In this document: in pieces, positions 28,295 through 37,382 of the stretch | Numbering within the stretch: position 1 is the stretch's first letter | Layout of the letters: every line of letters begins with the position of its first letter | Source of the DNA: Alphaproteobacteria bacterium | GTDB lineage: Bacteria > Pseudomonadota > Alphaproteobacteria > SP197 | Direction: 5' to 3' | Assembly (NCBI GenBank): GCA_965228895.1 | Contig: OZ245842.1 | Span: forward strand, 192,001 to 256,000 | Length of the DNA stretch: 64,000 nucleotides | Made by a program: the position numbers and the translations under genes | The notes under the pieces: generated by a model | What the model saw: only the letters and a program-made list of their open reading frames with translations | Databases searched by the model: none | Told to the model about the DNA's origin: nothing

Positions 28295-29077
28295 CTAGCT
28301 CACGTCCTTGCCGTCGACCGTCAGTCGTCCGACCTTCTCGGGATAGAAACACAGATGACCGGTAATGCGGCCGACTTCGTCGAGTGGATCCGGATAAAAC
28401 CAGACGGCATCGTCGATCCGGGTATCGCCGATTTTGACGTGGTGATAGCGCGCGGTGCCCTTGTAAGGGCAGCGCGTCTCCGTCGCCGATGGGATCAGAA
28501 GGTCCTGACGCACATCGTCTAAGGGAATGTAGTAGCGAGGCGGCAGGCCGGTTTCGAACAGGAAGAGCGCGCGTGTCGTTTCGGCGATGGTTTCGCCGGC
28601 GGCTTCGACGCGAACCGGGCGGGAACTCGCGACGATGTCGATACGCGCCTTGGGATCACGGGCGTGGACGAAGACCTCATCGTCCTCTTCGTACCAGTGG
28701 TCGAGTTGGTCCCAATAGAACGCCAGATAGTCCTTGATCGGGCCGCACTCGTCGAATGGCGTCTCGTAGGTCCAAACCGCGTTCTCCGCCACGCGGTCGC
28801 CGTGCACGAGATTGTAGTAAGAGGCGTCGCCCTTGAACGGACAGTGGGTCGTGTGGTCGCTGCGTGTCATCAGTGCCATGTCTGCATCGCCGCGCGGTAC
28901 GTAGTAGACGGGTAGATGTTTGGTTTCACGCAGGATGACGGCATCGAGTGTGTCGAACACGGTACGCCCGGCGAATGTCGCGCGCAGACGTTTGTCGCAA
29001 GGCAGGAGCTCGATTTCATAAGTCGGGTGCAACTGGAATCCGGGCGCCGGATTGGCGATGCGTGACAATTCGGTCAT
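28295..29077 (-). CDS. tandem DUF427 domain protein
   Basis: two repeats of E..LP.YY.P..D...T.CP(F/Y)KG.A.Y...A.W.Y. Confidence 0.92.
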   Translation of the reverse strand: MTELSRIANPAPGFQLHPTYEIELLPCDKRLRATFAGRTVFDTLDAVILRETKHLPVYYVPRGDADMALMTRSDHTTHCPFKGDASYYNLVHGDRVAENAVWTYETPFDECGPIKDYLAFYWDQLDHWYEEDDEVFVHARDPKARIDIVASSRPVRVEAAGETIAETTRALFLFETGLPPRYYIPLDDVRQDLLIPSATETRCPYKGTARYHHVKIGDTRIDDAVWFYPDPLDEVGRITGHLCFYPEKVGRLTVDGKDVS

Positions 29078-29086
29078 AGCGTTCTC

Positions 29087-29226
29087 CCGGAGCAGATCCT
29101 GGTTTGATGGAATCGCTTTGCGATTCCATTAAGGCAGATGAATCTGCTCTATTCATAGATAGAGAGCGGATTCACATGGTTAGGTGGAACCGCTTAACGG
29201 TTCCACCTAACCATGACCCGCTCTAG
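29087..29226 (+). repeat. 140-bp palindromic dispersed element, copy 2
   Basis: CCGGAGCAGATC...GACCCGCTCTAG; perfect 18-bp stem CATGGTTAGGTGGAACCG/CGGTTCCACCTAACCATG; 24 and 17 mismatches to copies 1 and 3. Confidence 0.93.
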
Positions 29227-29277
29227 GCGTTAGGGTCTATATTGGCGTGACCGGCACGAGACAAAAGGGGCAGGCGC

Positions 29278-30261
29278 ATGGCCAACGATCGAGATCACGA
29301 TGTTCGCGAAGAGTTGATGCCGTCAGGCGAGATCTATCGCCCGCGCTATTCCGGTGTCGCGACCTTCATGCGCCGCCCCCTGCGTGACGACGGCAACTGG
29401 GACGGCATCGACATCGGGTTGATCGGCGTGCCGTTCGACGGCGGCGTCACCAACCGACCGGGCGCGCGCCATGGGCCGCGCGGCTTGCGCGAGCAATCGA
29501 CCCTGATGGGCCATACCAACCATCAGACGGGCATTCAGCCCTATCACATCGCGGAATCGGCGGATCTGGGCGACGTTTTGATCGAGGGCGTCTATAACCT
29601 TGAGCGCGCGATGGACGACATCGAAGCGTTTTACAAGAAGGTGCACGAAGCGGGCATCCTGCCGCTGACCGCCGGCGGCGATCATTCGATCACGCTGCCG
29701 ATCATGAAGGCGATTGCCGCCGACCGTCCGGTCGGCCTGATCCATTTCGACGCTCATTGCGATACCGGGCCTGAGTTGTTCGGCCACAAGCACCATCACG
29801 GCGGCCCGTTCCGTGTCGCGGTCGATGACGGCGTGCTGGATCCCAAACGCACGATCCAGATCGGCATTCGCGGTCCGGCCGAGCCTTTGTGGGCCTTCAG
29901 CTACGAATCCGGCATGACCGTCATCCACATCGAGGACCTCTATGCCATGGGGATCGACGCGGTCATCGCTCGGGCGCGTGAGGTCGTCGGCGACGGCCCG
30001 ACCTATATCAGCTTCGATGTCGACGGGCTGGATCCGGTCTATGCCCCAGGCACAGGCACGCCGGAAGTCGGCGGGTTCACGACATTCGAGGCGCAGCAGA
30101 TGCTGCGTGGCCTGCGTGGTCTCGACATCATCGGCGGCGATGTGGTCGAAGTCTCGCCGCCGTTTGATCCGTCCGGCCAGACCGCGCTGACCGGTGCCCA
30201 GATGATGTGGGAAATTCTGTGCCTGATGGGCGAGAACGTCGCGGCGAAGAAGGGCGGCTAA
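29278..30261 (+). CDS. speB: agmatinase / ureohydrolase
   Basis: GVPFD, PGARHGP, GGDHS, DAHCD, SFDVD.LDP..APGTGTP; exact substrate uncertain. Confidence 0.88.
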   Translation: MANDRDHDVREELMPSGEIYRPRYSGVATFMRRPLRDDGNWDGIDIGLIGVPFDGGVTNRPGARHGPRGLREQSTLMGHTNHQTGIQPYHIAESADLGDVLIEGVYNLERAMDDIEAFYKKVHEAGILPLTAGGDHSITLPIMKAIAADRPVGLIHFDAHCDTGPELFGHKHHHGGPFRVAVDDGVLDPKRTIQIGIRGPAEPLWAFSYESGMTVIHIEDLYAMGIDAVIARAREVVGDGPTYISFDVDGLDPVYAPGTGTPEVGGFTTFEAQQMLRGLRGLDIIGGDVVEVSPPFDPSGQTALTGAQMMWEILCLMGENVAAKKGG

Positions 30262-30914
30262 TCCAGCTCGTCCTCGGCAACGGTCCAGGGTTCCTGGCGC
30301 GCGGCATCGCTCCAGGTCTGCATCGCCGGCAACGCCATGATGGCGTCGACATAAGCGGACGAGACGGGGTCGAGGTCGACGCCATAGGTGACGAGGCGGC
30401 TGGCGACCGGTGCGTACATGGCATCGGCGGCCGAGAAGGCGCCGAACAGAAAATCGCCATCGTTGCCGTAGTCGCCGCGGCACCGGTTCCACCGTTCCTG
30501 GATCTGCAGGATGTCCTTAAGCGCGCCAGGCGTATGGCCGCGTCCGGGCAGTGACTTCCTGATGTTCATCGGCATCGCCGAACGCAACTCGTCGAAGCCC
30601 GCATGCATTTCACAGGCAACGCTGCGCGCGACGGCGCGTGCTTCGAAGTCGTCCGGCCAGATGGCGGCCTGGGGATGACGGTCCGTGGCGTACTCGATGA
30701 TCGCCAAGGTTTCCCAGACCGTCAGGTTGCCGTCGACCAGGCACGGCACCTTGCGCGACGGCGAGACCGCCGCGATCGCGGCGTCCCACTTGTTATCGAA
30801 CAAGGGGATCAGCCTCTCCTCGAACGGCAGGCCGAAATGCTCGAAGACCAGCCACGGCCTGAGCGACCACGAGGAATAGTTCTTGTTGCCGATGTAGAGG
30901 ATTGGTGTGGTCAT
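30258..30914 (-). CDS. glutathione S-transferase family protein
   Basis: GNKNYSSWSLRPW, KVP.L, WETLAI.EY, EMHAGF..LR, FS.ADAMYAP. Confidence 0.92.
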   Translation of the reverse strand: MTTPILYIGNKNYSSWSLRPWLVFEHFGLPFEERLIPLFDNKWDAAIAAVSPSRKVPCLVDGNLTVWETLAIIEYATDRHPQAAIWPDDFEARAVARSVACEMHAGFDELRSAMPMNIRKSLPGRGHTPGALKDILQIQERWNRCRGDYGNDGDFLFGAFSAADAMYAPVASRLVTYGVDLDPVSSAYVDAIMALPAMQTWSDAARQEPWTVAEDELD

Positions 30915-30927
30915 GCAGCCAGGTCCC

Positions 30928-31004
30928 GAGCAATTCCCAAAGGGTTGGGAATTGCTCCGATCATTTGATGTAGAGCGGATTCACGCGATGTGATCGATCC
31001 GCTT
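30928..31004. repeat. short/degenerate relative of the 140-bp element
   Basis: 13-bp perfect stem GAGCAATTCCCAA/TTGGGAATTGCTC, spacer, then TAGAGCGGATTCAC...GATCCGCT containing the element's third module and part of the fourth. Confidence 0.65.
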
Positions 31005-31014
31005 TGTGGGTCGG

Positions 31015-32076
31015 TCACATCGCGATCCGCATTACGTGCGGCGGATCGGCTTGAAGCGCTTCGCGGATCAAGCGCTGGAAAAAGATGGTGCCGGGCTCCT
31101 TTTCTGGCGACAGCTTGCCGGATTGGTAGATCCCGGCCTCCAGGTTCATCTGCACCTTCAGACAAACGCCCATGTCTTCGTGCATGATGGCAATCGAATC
31201 CTCGATGTACGTTCGGCCATAGGCTTCCTCGCCTTCCGGGAACCAGTACCAGGAACGGATGGTCAAAGCGCCGGCACGATCCGGTTCGACCTGCTCGATA
31301 TTCAGCGCGCGGTCGGAATAGTGCAGCAGCAGCCCGGGGAACTTGTAGATCCACAAACCCTTGTTGGCGCGCGTGTCGGATTCGCCGCCATAGTCGACGT
31401 GAAAACCGACAAAACCGCCGTTCTCGTACGGCCGGATCTCGGCGCCCGACACCGCCTTGTTGAGCGCGCCGTGGACGAAGGGCAGGTGGTAACCCTCGCA
31501 CGAGTTGTCGCCGTACGCCTTCCAGTCGCAGGCGCCGTCCACGCTTGTCTTATCCAGGAAGACGAAGCTCTTTGCCGCCGGGTAGTCGTCGGCCAGGCGC
31601 CCGACATCGCCCATCCAGGCGGCGAGGTCCGGCGCAGCCTCTTCCAGGCAGACAAAGACAAGGCCTCGCCAAGTTTCGACGCGCACGGGGAAAAGCCCGA
31701 ACTTCGATTTGTCGAGGGCGCCGGACTCGGGAAACCCCGGCGCCGTTCTCAGACTGCCGTCGAAACCGTAGATCCAACCATGGTACTGGCAGCGCAACGC
31801 CTGGGAGCGTCCGCCGTCGTCCGTGAAAAGCGGTCCGGCGCGATGGCGGCAGACATTGTGGAAGGCGCGCAAGCCACCCTCGCGATCACGCACCACAAAG
31901 ACCGGCCAGCCCGTCACGTTGGCGGTGACATAGTCGCCTGCCTGCGCCAATTGTTGCTCGCGGCCAACCAGCCACCAATTGCGCGCGAAGATCATCTGGC
32001 GCTCGCGCTCAAACTGATCGGCGTCGTGATACCAGGCAGCGGGCAGGGTATCGGTCAGGATTTGTGGTGCGGCCAT
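31015..32076 (-). CDS. Rieske non-heme iron oxygenase alpha subunit (choline monooxygenase-like)
   Basis: CRH...CQYH Rieske motif; WK...DN..EGYH...H and ED mononuclear Fe ligands. Confidence 0.92.
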   Translation of the reverse strand: MAAPQILTDTLPAAWYHDADQFERERQMIFARNWWLVGREQQLAQAGDYVTANVTGWPVFVVRDREGGLRAFHNVCRHRAGPLFTDDGGRSQALRCQYHGWIYGFDGSLRTAPGFPESGALDKSKFGLFPVRVETWRGLVFVCLEEAAPDLAAWMGDVGRLADDYPAAKSFVFLDKTSVDGACDWKAYGDNSCEGYHLPFVHGALNKAVSGAEIRPYENGGFVGFHVDYGGESDTRANKGLWIYKFPGLLLHYSDRALNIEQVEPDRAGALTIRSWYWFPEGEEAYGRTYIEDSIAIMHEDMGVCLKVQMNLEAGIYQSGKLSPEKEPGTIFFQRLIREALQADPPHVMRIAM

Positions 32077-32137
32077 CACGATTTACCTCACTTGGGTCTT
32101 GTCATAGGCACATTGGTGTTTGACTTCGACTGATTTA

Positions 32138-32162
32138 TTTATAACATATGACATGTTAAAAA
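32138..32162. promoter_or_regulatory. putative TetR operator TTT.TAACAT-N5-ATGTTA.AAA overlapping a candidate sigma70 promoter
   Basis: inverted repeat in the AT-rich divergent spacer; TTGACT(32120)-N16-TAACAT. Confidence 0.55.
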
Positions 32163-32201
32163 ACTGGCGAAAGTCATACAGGATGAAGAGGTCTCTCGTC
32201 C

Positions 32202-32822
32202 ATGCCTAAGGTCGTAAACCATGACGCCCGCCGCGAAGAGGTCGCCGAGGCGACGTGGCGCGTAATCGCCAAGCACGGTGTCGATGGCGCGACTCTGCGC
32301 GAGATCGCACGGGAAGCCGGTTTCACGACCGGTGTCATCCACCACTATTTCCGCGACCGCGGCGAGTTGATGGCGTTTGCCTATCAGCTGATCGCCGAGC
32401 AGACGGCCGAGCGCCTGAGCGAAACCCTGGCGGACCTGCCGGCAGGCATGCCCCGGGTTCGCGCGACCATCGAAGCGCTGGTGCCGCGCGAGCTCAAGTC
32501 GGGTCGTGTCGCCGCGCTTTTGGGATTCTGGTCGAGCGCCGCCATCGACGATCGCCATCGCGCGTTCAACCTGGCGTTCTATGACCGCTACCGCGGCCTC
32601 GTCCGCGAGCAGGTTGAGGGCGCCATCGCGGTCGGTGATCTGCCGGAACATCTGAATGCCGACGACACCGCCGATCAACTGGTCGCGTTGGGTGAGGGCC
32701 TCTTCGTGCGGACCGCCCTTGACCCCAAGCGCTTCTCGCCGGAGCGGCGCGCGCAGTTGATCAGCAGCACGCTGGCCATGTTTGCCGCCGACGCGGCACC
32801 GGAAGAGGAGACGACACCATGA
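32202..32822 (+). CDS. TetR family regulator (BetI-like)
   Basis: MPK.V....RR, HTH GATLREIAREAGFTTGVIHHYF; BetI-type C-terminal domain. Confidence 0.92.
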   Translation: MPKVVNHDARREEVAEATWRVIAKHGVDGATLREIAREAGFTTGVIHHYFRDRGELMAFAYQLIAEQTAERLSETLADLPAGMPRVRATIEALVPRELKSGRVAALLGFWSSAAIDDRHRAFNLAFYDRYRGLVREQVEGAIAVGDLPEHLNADDTADQLVALGEGLFVRTALDPKRFSPERRAQLISSTLAMFAADAAPEEETTP

Positions 32823-34021
32823 CCATGATGAAACAGCTCAGTCTCGACGACTTTATCTCGGCCGAGCAGGTCGCGTGCCTGCGCCGCCCGGTCGCCGAAG
32901 CCGAGGGGCTGCCCGGACGCGTCTATGCCGATCCCGCGTTCTTTGAGCTGGAGCGCAAGAAGATCTTTCCGCGTGGCTGGATGGCGATTGCCTTTGAGTC
33001 AGATGTCGCCGAGCCGGGCGACGCCGAGCCGATATCGATTGCCGGCTGGGACTTCATCGTGGCGCGCAACCGCCAGGGCGAGGTGAAGGTGTTCCACAAC
33101 ATCTGCCGCCACCGGTCGATGACCGTGCTGACCGAGCCCTGCAGCAAGGCCCAGACGCTGCAGTGCCCCTGGCACGGATGGACCTATGACCTTAACGGCC
33201 GGCTCATCGCGACGCCGGATATCGGCGGCATGGACGAGACGACCGGCAAGGTCAGCGCTGAGCAACCGGGCATCGATAAGGCCAAGCTCAGCCTGCGCGA
33301 AGTGCGCAGCACGACCTGGATGCACTTTGTTTTCGTCAACATCGATGGCCAGGCCGAGCCCTTCGAGGATTTCATTCGCCCTGTCCACGATCGCATCCCC
33401 GACCACGACCTCTCGGTCGTGCGGTTCTCCGGGATCACGACCGAGGCGCAGTTCGACGGCAACTGGAAGCTCGCCATCGAGACCGGATGCGAGGATTACC
33501 ATCTGCCCTGGGTTCACCCCCAGATCGGGCCCCGCAGCGGCGTTTTCCGAGGCGAGCGCGGCGGCGACACCTATGTCTCGATCGCAAGCCGGCGCGAGAC
33601 GGAAGTGCTCTCCAGCGACGGCATGCCGATGTTTCCTCACTACAACGGCAAGAAGGTTGGCGAAGACGGGCTATCGCGCGAGATCGTGCTCTTCTTCATC
33701 GTGCCCAACGCCATCGTCTCCATCTTGGATGACCATGTTGTCACCAATATCTATTACCCTATGGCCCATGATCGGACGCCGACGCGCCGCGCCTTTCACT
33801 TCATCGGCGAAGCTGCGACCGATGAGGAACATCGCGCCATTCGGGAGGCGGTACGCGACGCTTGGATTGAGGTCGGCGAGCAGGACTTTCCCATGGTTCG
33901 CGAGGTCCAGACCAAGCATGCCCAGCGTGACGAACTGGGCATGGAGACACGGTTCTCGGCCTACTGGGAAGGCGCCGTCCATCATTTCCAGAACCTGGTC
34001 GTGGACAGGTTGGAGGCGTAG
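32819..34021 (+). CDS. Rieske non-heme iron oxygenase alpha subunit
   Basis: CRH...CPWH; NWK...E...EDYH...H; EQD; ATGA overlap with tetR. Confidence 0.92.
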   Translation: MTMMKQLSLDDFISAEQVACLRRPVAEAEGLPGRVYADPAFFELERKKIFPRGWMAIAFESDVAEPGDAEPISIAGWDFIVARNRQGEVKVFHNICRHRSMTVLTEPCSKAQTLQCPWHGWTYDLNGRLIATPDIGGMDETTGKVSAEQPGIDKAKLSLREVRSTTWMHFVFVNIDGQAEPFEDFIRPVHDRIPDHDLSVVRFSGITTEAQFDGNWKLAIETGCEDYHLPWVHPQIGPRSGVFRGERGGDTYVSIASRRETEVLSSDGMPMFPHYNGKKVGEDGLSREIVLFFIVPNAIVSILDDHVVTNIYYPMAHDRTPTRRAFHFIGEAATDEEHRAIREAVRDAWIEVGEQDFPMVREVQTKHAQRDELGMETRFSAYWEGAVHHFQNLVVDRLEA

Positions 34022-34058
34022 TGCTTCGTGAGCCGATTTTTGCTGGGGCGGGTCGTGC

Positions 34059-34511
34059 CTAGAGCTTGAGTTTCATGCCGATATGGCTCGGCTCGAACCC
34101 GAGCTTCTCGTAGAAACGGTGGGCGTCGGGTCTCGCCCGGTCAGTTGTCAGCTGAACGAGTTCACAACCCGCCTTCTTCGCCTCGTCGATGGCAATCCTG
34201 AACATCTGTTCGCCCAATCCCGTGTTGCGATAGCTGCGGGCGATGCGAACACCTTCGATCGTCGCTCTGGTCATGCCAAGACGAGCCAGGCCGGGTGTCA
34301 GCGTTAGCTGAAGGCAGCCAACGACATTGTCGTTGTCATCGACGGCAACAAGGACCTGGTTGCCCGGCTGCCGTTCGATCGCCTCGAAGGCCTCCGTGTA
34401 TGGGGAGGGTAGAGGATCCGCCAGCCGCTCCCTTTGCGCGCCAAGGATGTCATCGGCGAGCAACTCTACAACCGCATGGATGTCGTCTTTCGTCGCGGCG
34501 CGAAACTTCAT
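34059..34511 (-). CDS. GNAT N-acetyltransferase (PhnO-like)
   Basis: R..GLG acetyl-CoA loop, VQLTT...R.DAHRFYEKLGF. Confidence 0.9.
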   Translation of the reverse strand: MKFRAATKDDIHAVVELLADDILGAQRERLADPLPSPYTEAFEAIERQPGNQVLVAVDDNDNVVGCLQLTLTPGLARLGMTRATIEGVRIARSYRNTGLGEQMFRIAIDEAKKAGCELVQLTTDRARPDAHRFYEKLGFEPSHIGMKLKL

Positions 34512-34726
34512 GGCCAGCTCACATCCATCATGCAGGAGTATGCGTCAGCGCCAGCTTAGCTCAATTTGGCTGCGATCGTCGGGTCGCAACGCCCTCAAAC
34601 AATCCTGAGAGCGCGCCAACGCCCTCGTTGCAAGTCGAAGCAGCATCACCCAGTGTGCGCCATCGACCGTGAGCGTCGGGCGCCGCTCTTGGTGCGCCCG
34701 GCCGAACCAGCGACGAGGTCCGACCG

Positions 34727-36001
34727 GTGTTTCATTCCTTCTTTCCCAACCCCCGCATTTTCTTCCCCGCCGTTCTTGTGTGGACCGGACTGTCGATGGC
34801 CGTCTGGTTCATCTTCGGCGCCGATCTCGGCGAGTCGCTCAGCCTGGGGGGATTGATCGGCTACGGCTATCCGGAGGGTCCGCCGCCCGAGGGCGACGAG
34901 ATGGCCATGGACGCCTACGCCAATGCGCGCCTGTTTGCCGTCGATATCTGGCTCTACCAGTACATGATCGTGGTCGGCGCCATCTTCGCTTATTTGGTGA
35001 AGCGGCTGTTGCCCCATCGCTGGTTCTGGTGGTCCGTCGTCGTGTCGTCGATCATCATTTTCATCACGTGGTTCCTGGTTCAGCTCGACGTCATGATCAA
35101 CAATTGGTTCGGCCGATTTTACGATGCCATTCAGATGGCTTTGGGTGAGCCCGGATCGATCTCCATCACAGAATACTATTTGCTGCTTTTGGAGTTCCTG
35201 GAGATCGCGATGGTCTTTGTCATCGTCGCCTCGATCAACCGATTCATCGTCAGCCACTTCATCTTCCGCTGGCGCACGGCGATGAACGACTACTACGTCG
35301 CCAATTGGCAGAAGCTGCGTCACATCGAAGGCGCTTCCCAGCGTGTCCAGGAGGACACCATGCGGTTCGCCAGCATCATGGAGAGCCTGGGCGTCAGTTT
35401 GATTGATGCGTTGATGACACTGATCGCCTTCCTGCCGATCTTGTGGGCCTTGTCAGAGCACGTGAAGGAACTGCCGATTATCGGCGAAGTACCTCAGGCG
35501 CTTGTTATCATCGCGGTCGTCTGGTCTATCTTTGGCACCGGTCTGGTGGCGCTGGCCGGCATTCGCCTGCCGGGCCTGGAGTTTCGCAATCAGCGTGTCG
35601 AGGCGGCGTATCGCAAGGAGCTCGTGTTCGGCGAAGATCACGCCGACCGCGCCCAGCCGCCGCGGTTGGCAGACTTGTTTGCCGATGTCAGGCGCAACTA
35701 TTTCCGCCTCTATCTCAACTACCTCTACTTCAACCTCGTGCGCATCAGTTACCTCCAGGTCGGCGTGCTCGTGCCGTACTTCGCGCTTGGGCCGACAATC
35801 GTCTCGGCGACGATTACGCTTGGCGTGCTGCAGCAGATCGTGCGCGCTTTCGGCCGCGTCGAAAGCTCGTTCCAGTATCTCATCAACTCGTGGACGACGA
35901 TCGTCGAGATGCTGTCGATCTACAAACGTCTCAAGGCCTTCGAGGCAACCATGAAAGGTGAAGAACTGGCGGATATCGAACGCGATGCATCGCCCGCATA
36001 A
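34727..36001 (+). CDS. sbmA: SbmA/BacA peptide transporter
   Basis: MF.SFFP.P, FRWRTAMN.YY, IEGASQRVQEDTMRF, NQRVEAAYRKELV, SFQYL. Confidence 0.95.
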   Translation: MFHSFFPNPRIFFPAVLVWTGLSMAVWFIFGADLGESLSLGGLIGYGYPEGPPPEGDEMAMDAYANARLFAVDIWLYQYMIVVGAIFAYLVKRLLPHRWFWWSVVVSSIIIFITWFLVQLDVMINNWFGRFYDAIQMALGEPGSISITEYYLLLLEFLEIAMVFVIVASINRFIVSHFIFRWRTAMNDYYVANWQKLRHIEGASQRVQEDTMRFASIMESLGVSLIDALMTLIAFLPILWALSEHVKELPIIGEVPQALVIIAVVWSIFGTGLVALAGIRLPGLEFRNQRVEAAYRKELVFGEDHADRAQPPRLADLFADVRRNYFRLYLNYLYFNLVRISYLQVGVLVPYFALGPTIVSATITLGVLQQIVRAFGRVESSFQYLINSWTTIVEMLSIYKRLKAFEATMKGEELADIERDASPA

Positions 36002-36031
36002 GCAAGCCGATACGTCAGGGCGTGAGAGTTG

Positions 36032-37381
36032 CTACCCCGTCCCCTCGGCCTCTTCGATATCGAGGTCGGGCGGCGGGACCCGGTAGCCTTTGGTCAGGTA
36101 GGTCAGGTAGCCGCTGCCGATGGCGAGCCAGATGACGCCCAGGATCAGGGCGTCCTTATCGAGGCTTGCCAGCAAACCAAGGTCGAGGATGGCGCCCAGG
36201 CCCGGCACCAGGACCCACAGCAACAGACCGCGCCGTTCGCCGTCATGGCGATGGCGCAGGTAGTGGGCGATCACCGACAGGTTGACGAAGGTGAAGGCGG
36301 TGAAGGCGCCGAAGTTGATGAACGAGGTCGAGGTCGCCTCGTCCAGGCCGATCGCGAGCAGGCCGAACAGGCCGGCCATGACGATGTTGAAGACCGGTGT
36401 CTTAAAGCGCGCGTTGAGGTAGCCGAAAACGCGTTGGGGCAACACGCGGTCGCGGCCCATGGCGTAGAGGAGGCGCCCGACGCTTGCCTGGGCCGACAGT
36501 CCGGCTGTGAACTGGGTGACGACCATGCCGATCAGGAAGACCGTGACGAAGATATCACCACCGACCTTGCGCGCGATCTCGAACGCCGCGGCGTCCTCGT
36601 TCTGGAACTGGGTCGACGGGTGCGCGAGCTCGGTGACGTATGACGCGCCGATAAAGACGCCGCCGCCGATCAGCGCGATCAGGAAGATCGCGCGCGGCAT
36701 GGTCTTGCGCGGTTCGATGGTTTCTTCGGCCAGGGTCGAGACAGCATCGAAGCCCAGGAACGAATAGACCGCGAGCGCCGCGCCGGCGAGGGTCGCGGAG
36801 AACGGCACGCCCGGTTTGAAGAAGGGATCGACGGAAAGCAGCGAGCCGGTGTCCGATACCTCGACGACATAGTGTGCGGCGAGCGCCATGAAAGCGGCGA
36901 CAATCAGGAACTGGGCGACCATCAAGATGAAGTTCACCCGGCTGGCGAAGTGGATGCCGATGATGTTGATGACGCTGGTCAAGACGACATAGGCGATGAT
37001 CCAGATCCACGACGGAATGTCGGGCAGGGCCGCGCCCAGATAGGCAGCCCCGATCAGCCAGATCACCATGGGCAGGAAGAAGTAGTCGAGCAGCACCGCC
37101 CAGCCGACCAGGAAACCGGCATGGGCGTTGATCGTACGCCGCGTGTAGCTATAGGCCGACCCCGAAACCGGATAGATCGAGGTCATGCGGCCATAGCTGT
37201 AGGCGGTCAACAGAATGGCGGCCAACGCGACCAGATAGGCGCCTGCCGCCGTGCCCTCGGACTTGTCCGCCAGGACGCCGAAGGTGCCGAAGACGATCAT
37301 CGGCGCCATATAGGCCAGACCGAACAGCACGACCGCGCCCAGCTCCAGGCTGCGGTCGAGTTTGGTCTGAGCGGTCGTCAT
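36032..37381 (-). CDS. APC family amine/amino-acid permease (PuuP/PlaP-like)
   Basis: GLAYMAP, SGSAY.Y, SFLGFDAVSTLAEE, RLLYAMGRD, FINFGA. Confidence 0.9.
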   Translation of the reverse strand: MTTAQTKLDRSLELGAVVLFGLAYMAPMIVFGTFGVLADKSEGTAAGAYLVALAAILLTAYSYGRMTSIYPVSGSAYSYTRRTINAHAGFLVGWAVLLDYFFLPMVIWLIGAAYLGAALPDIPSWIWIIAYVVLTSVINIIGIHFASRVNFILMVAQFLIVAAFMALAAHYVVEVSDTGSLLSVDPFFKPGVPFSATLAGAALAVYSFLGFDAVSTLAEETIEPRKTMPRAIFLIALIGGGVFIGASYVTELAHPSTQFQNEDAAAFEIARKVGGDIFVTVFLIGMVVTQFTAGLSAQASVGRLLYAMGRDRVLPQRVFGYLNARFKTPVFNIVMAGLFGLLAIGLDEATSTSFINFGAFTAFTFVNLSVIAHYLRHRHDGERRGLLLWVLVPGLGAILDLGLLASLDKDALILGVIWLAIGSGYLTYLTKGYRVPPPDLDIEEAEGTG

Positions 37382-37382
37382 G

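Noticed and set aside
34550-34570. GCCAGCTTAGCTCAATTTGG resembling a tRNA 5' end
   Set aside because: No AGAGC D-stem closure, no GTTCRA T-loop and no complementary acceptor strand downstream
34587-34626. Direct repeat CAACGCCCTC twice upstream of sbmA
   Set aside because: Only two 10-mers in GC-rich DNA with no cognate regulator evident; cannot be distinguished from chance
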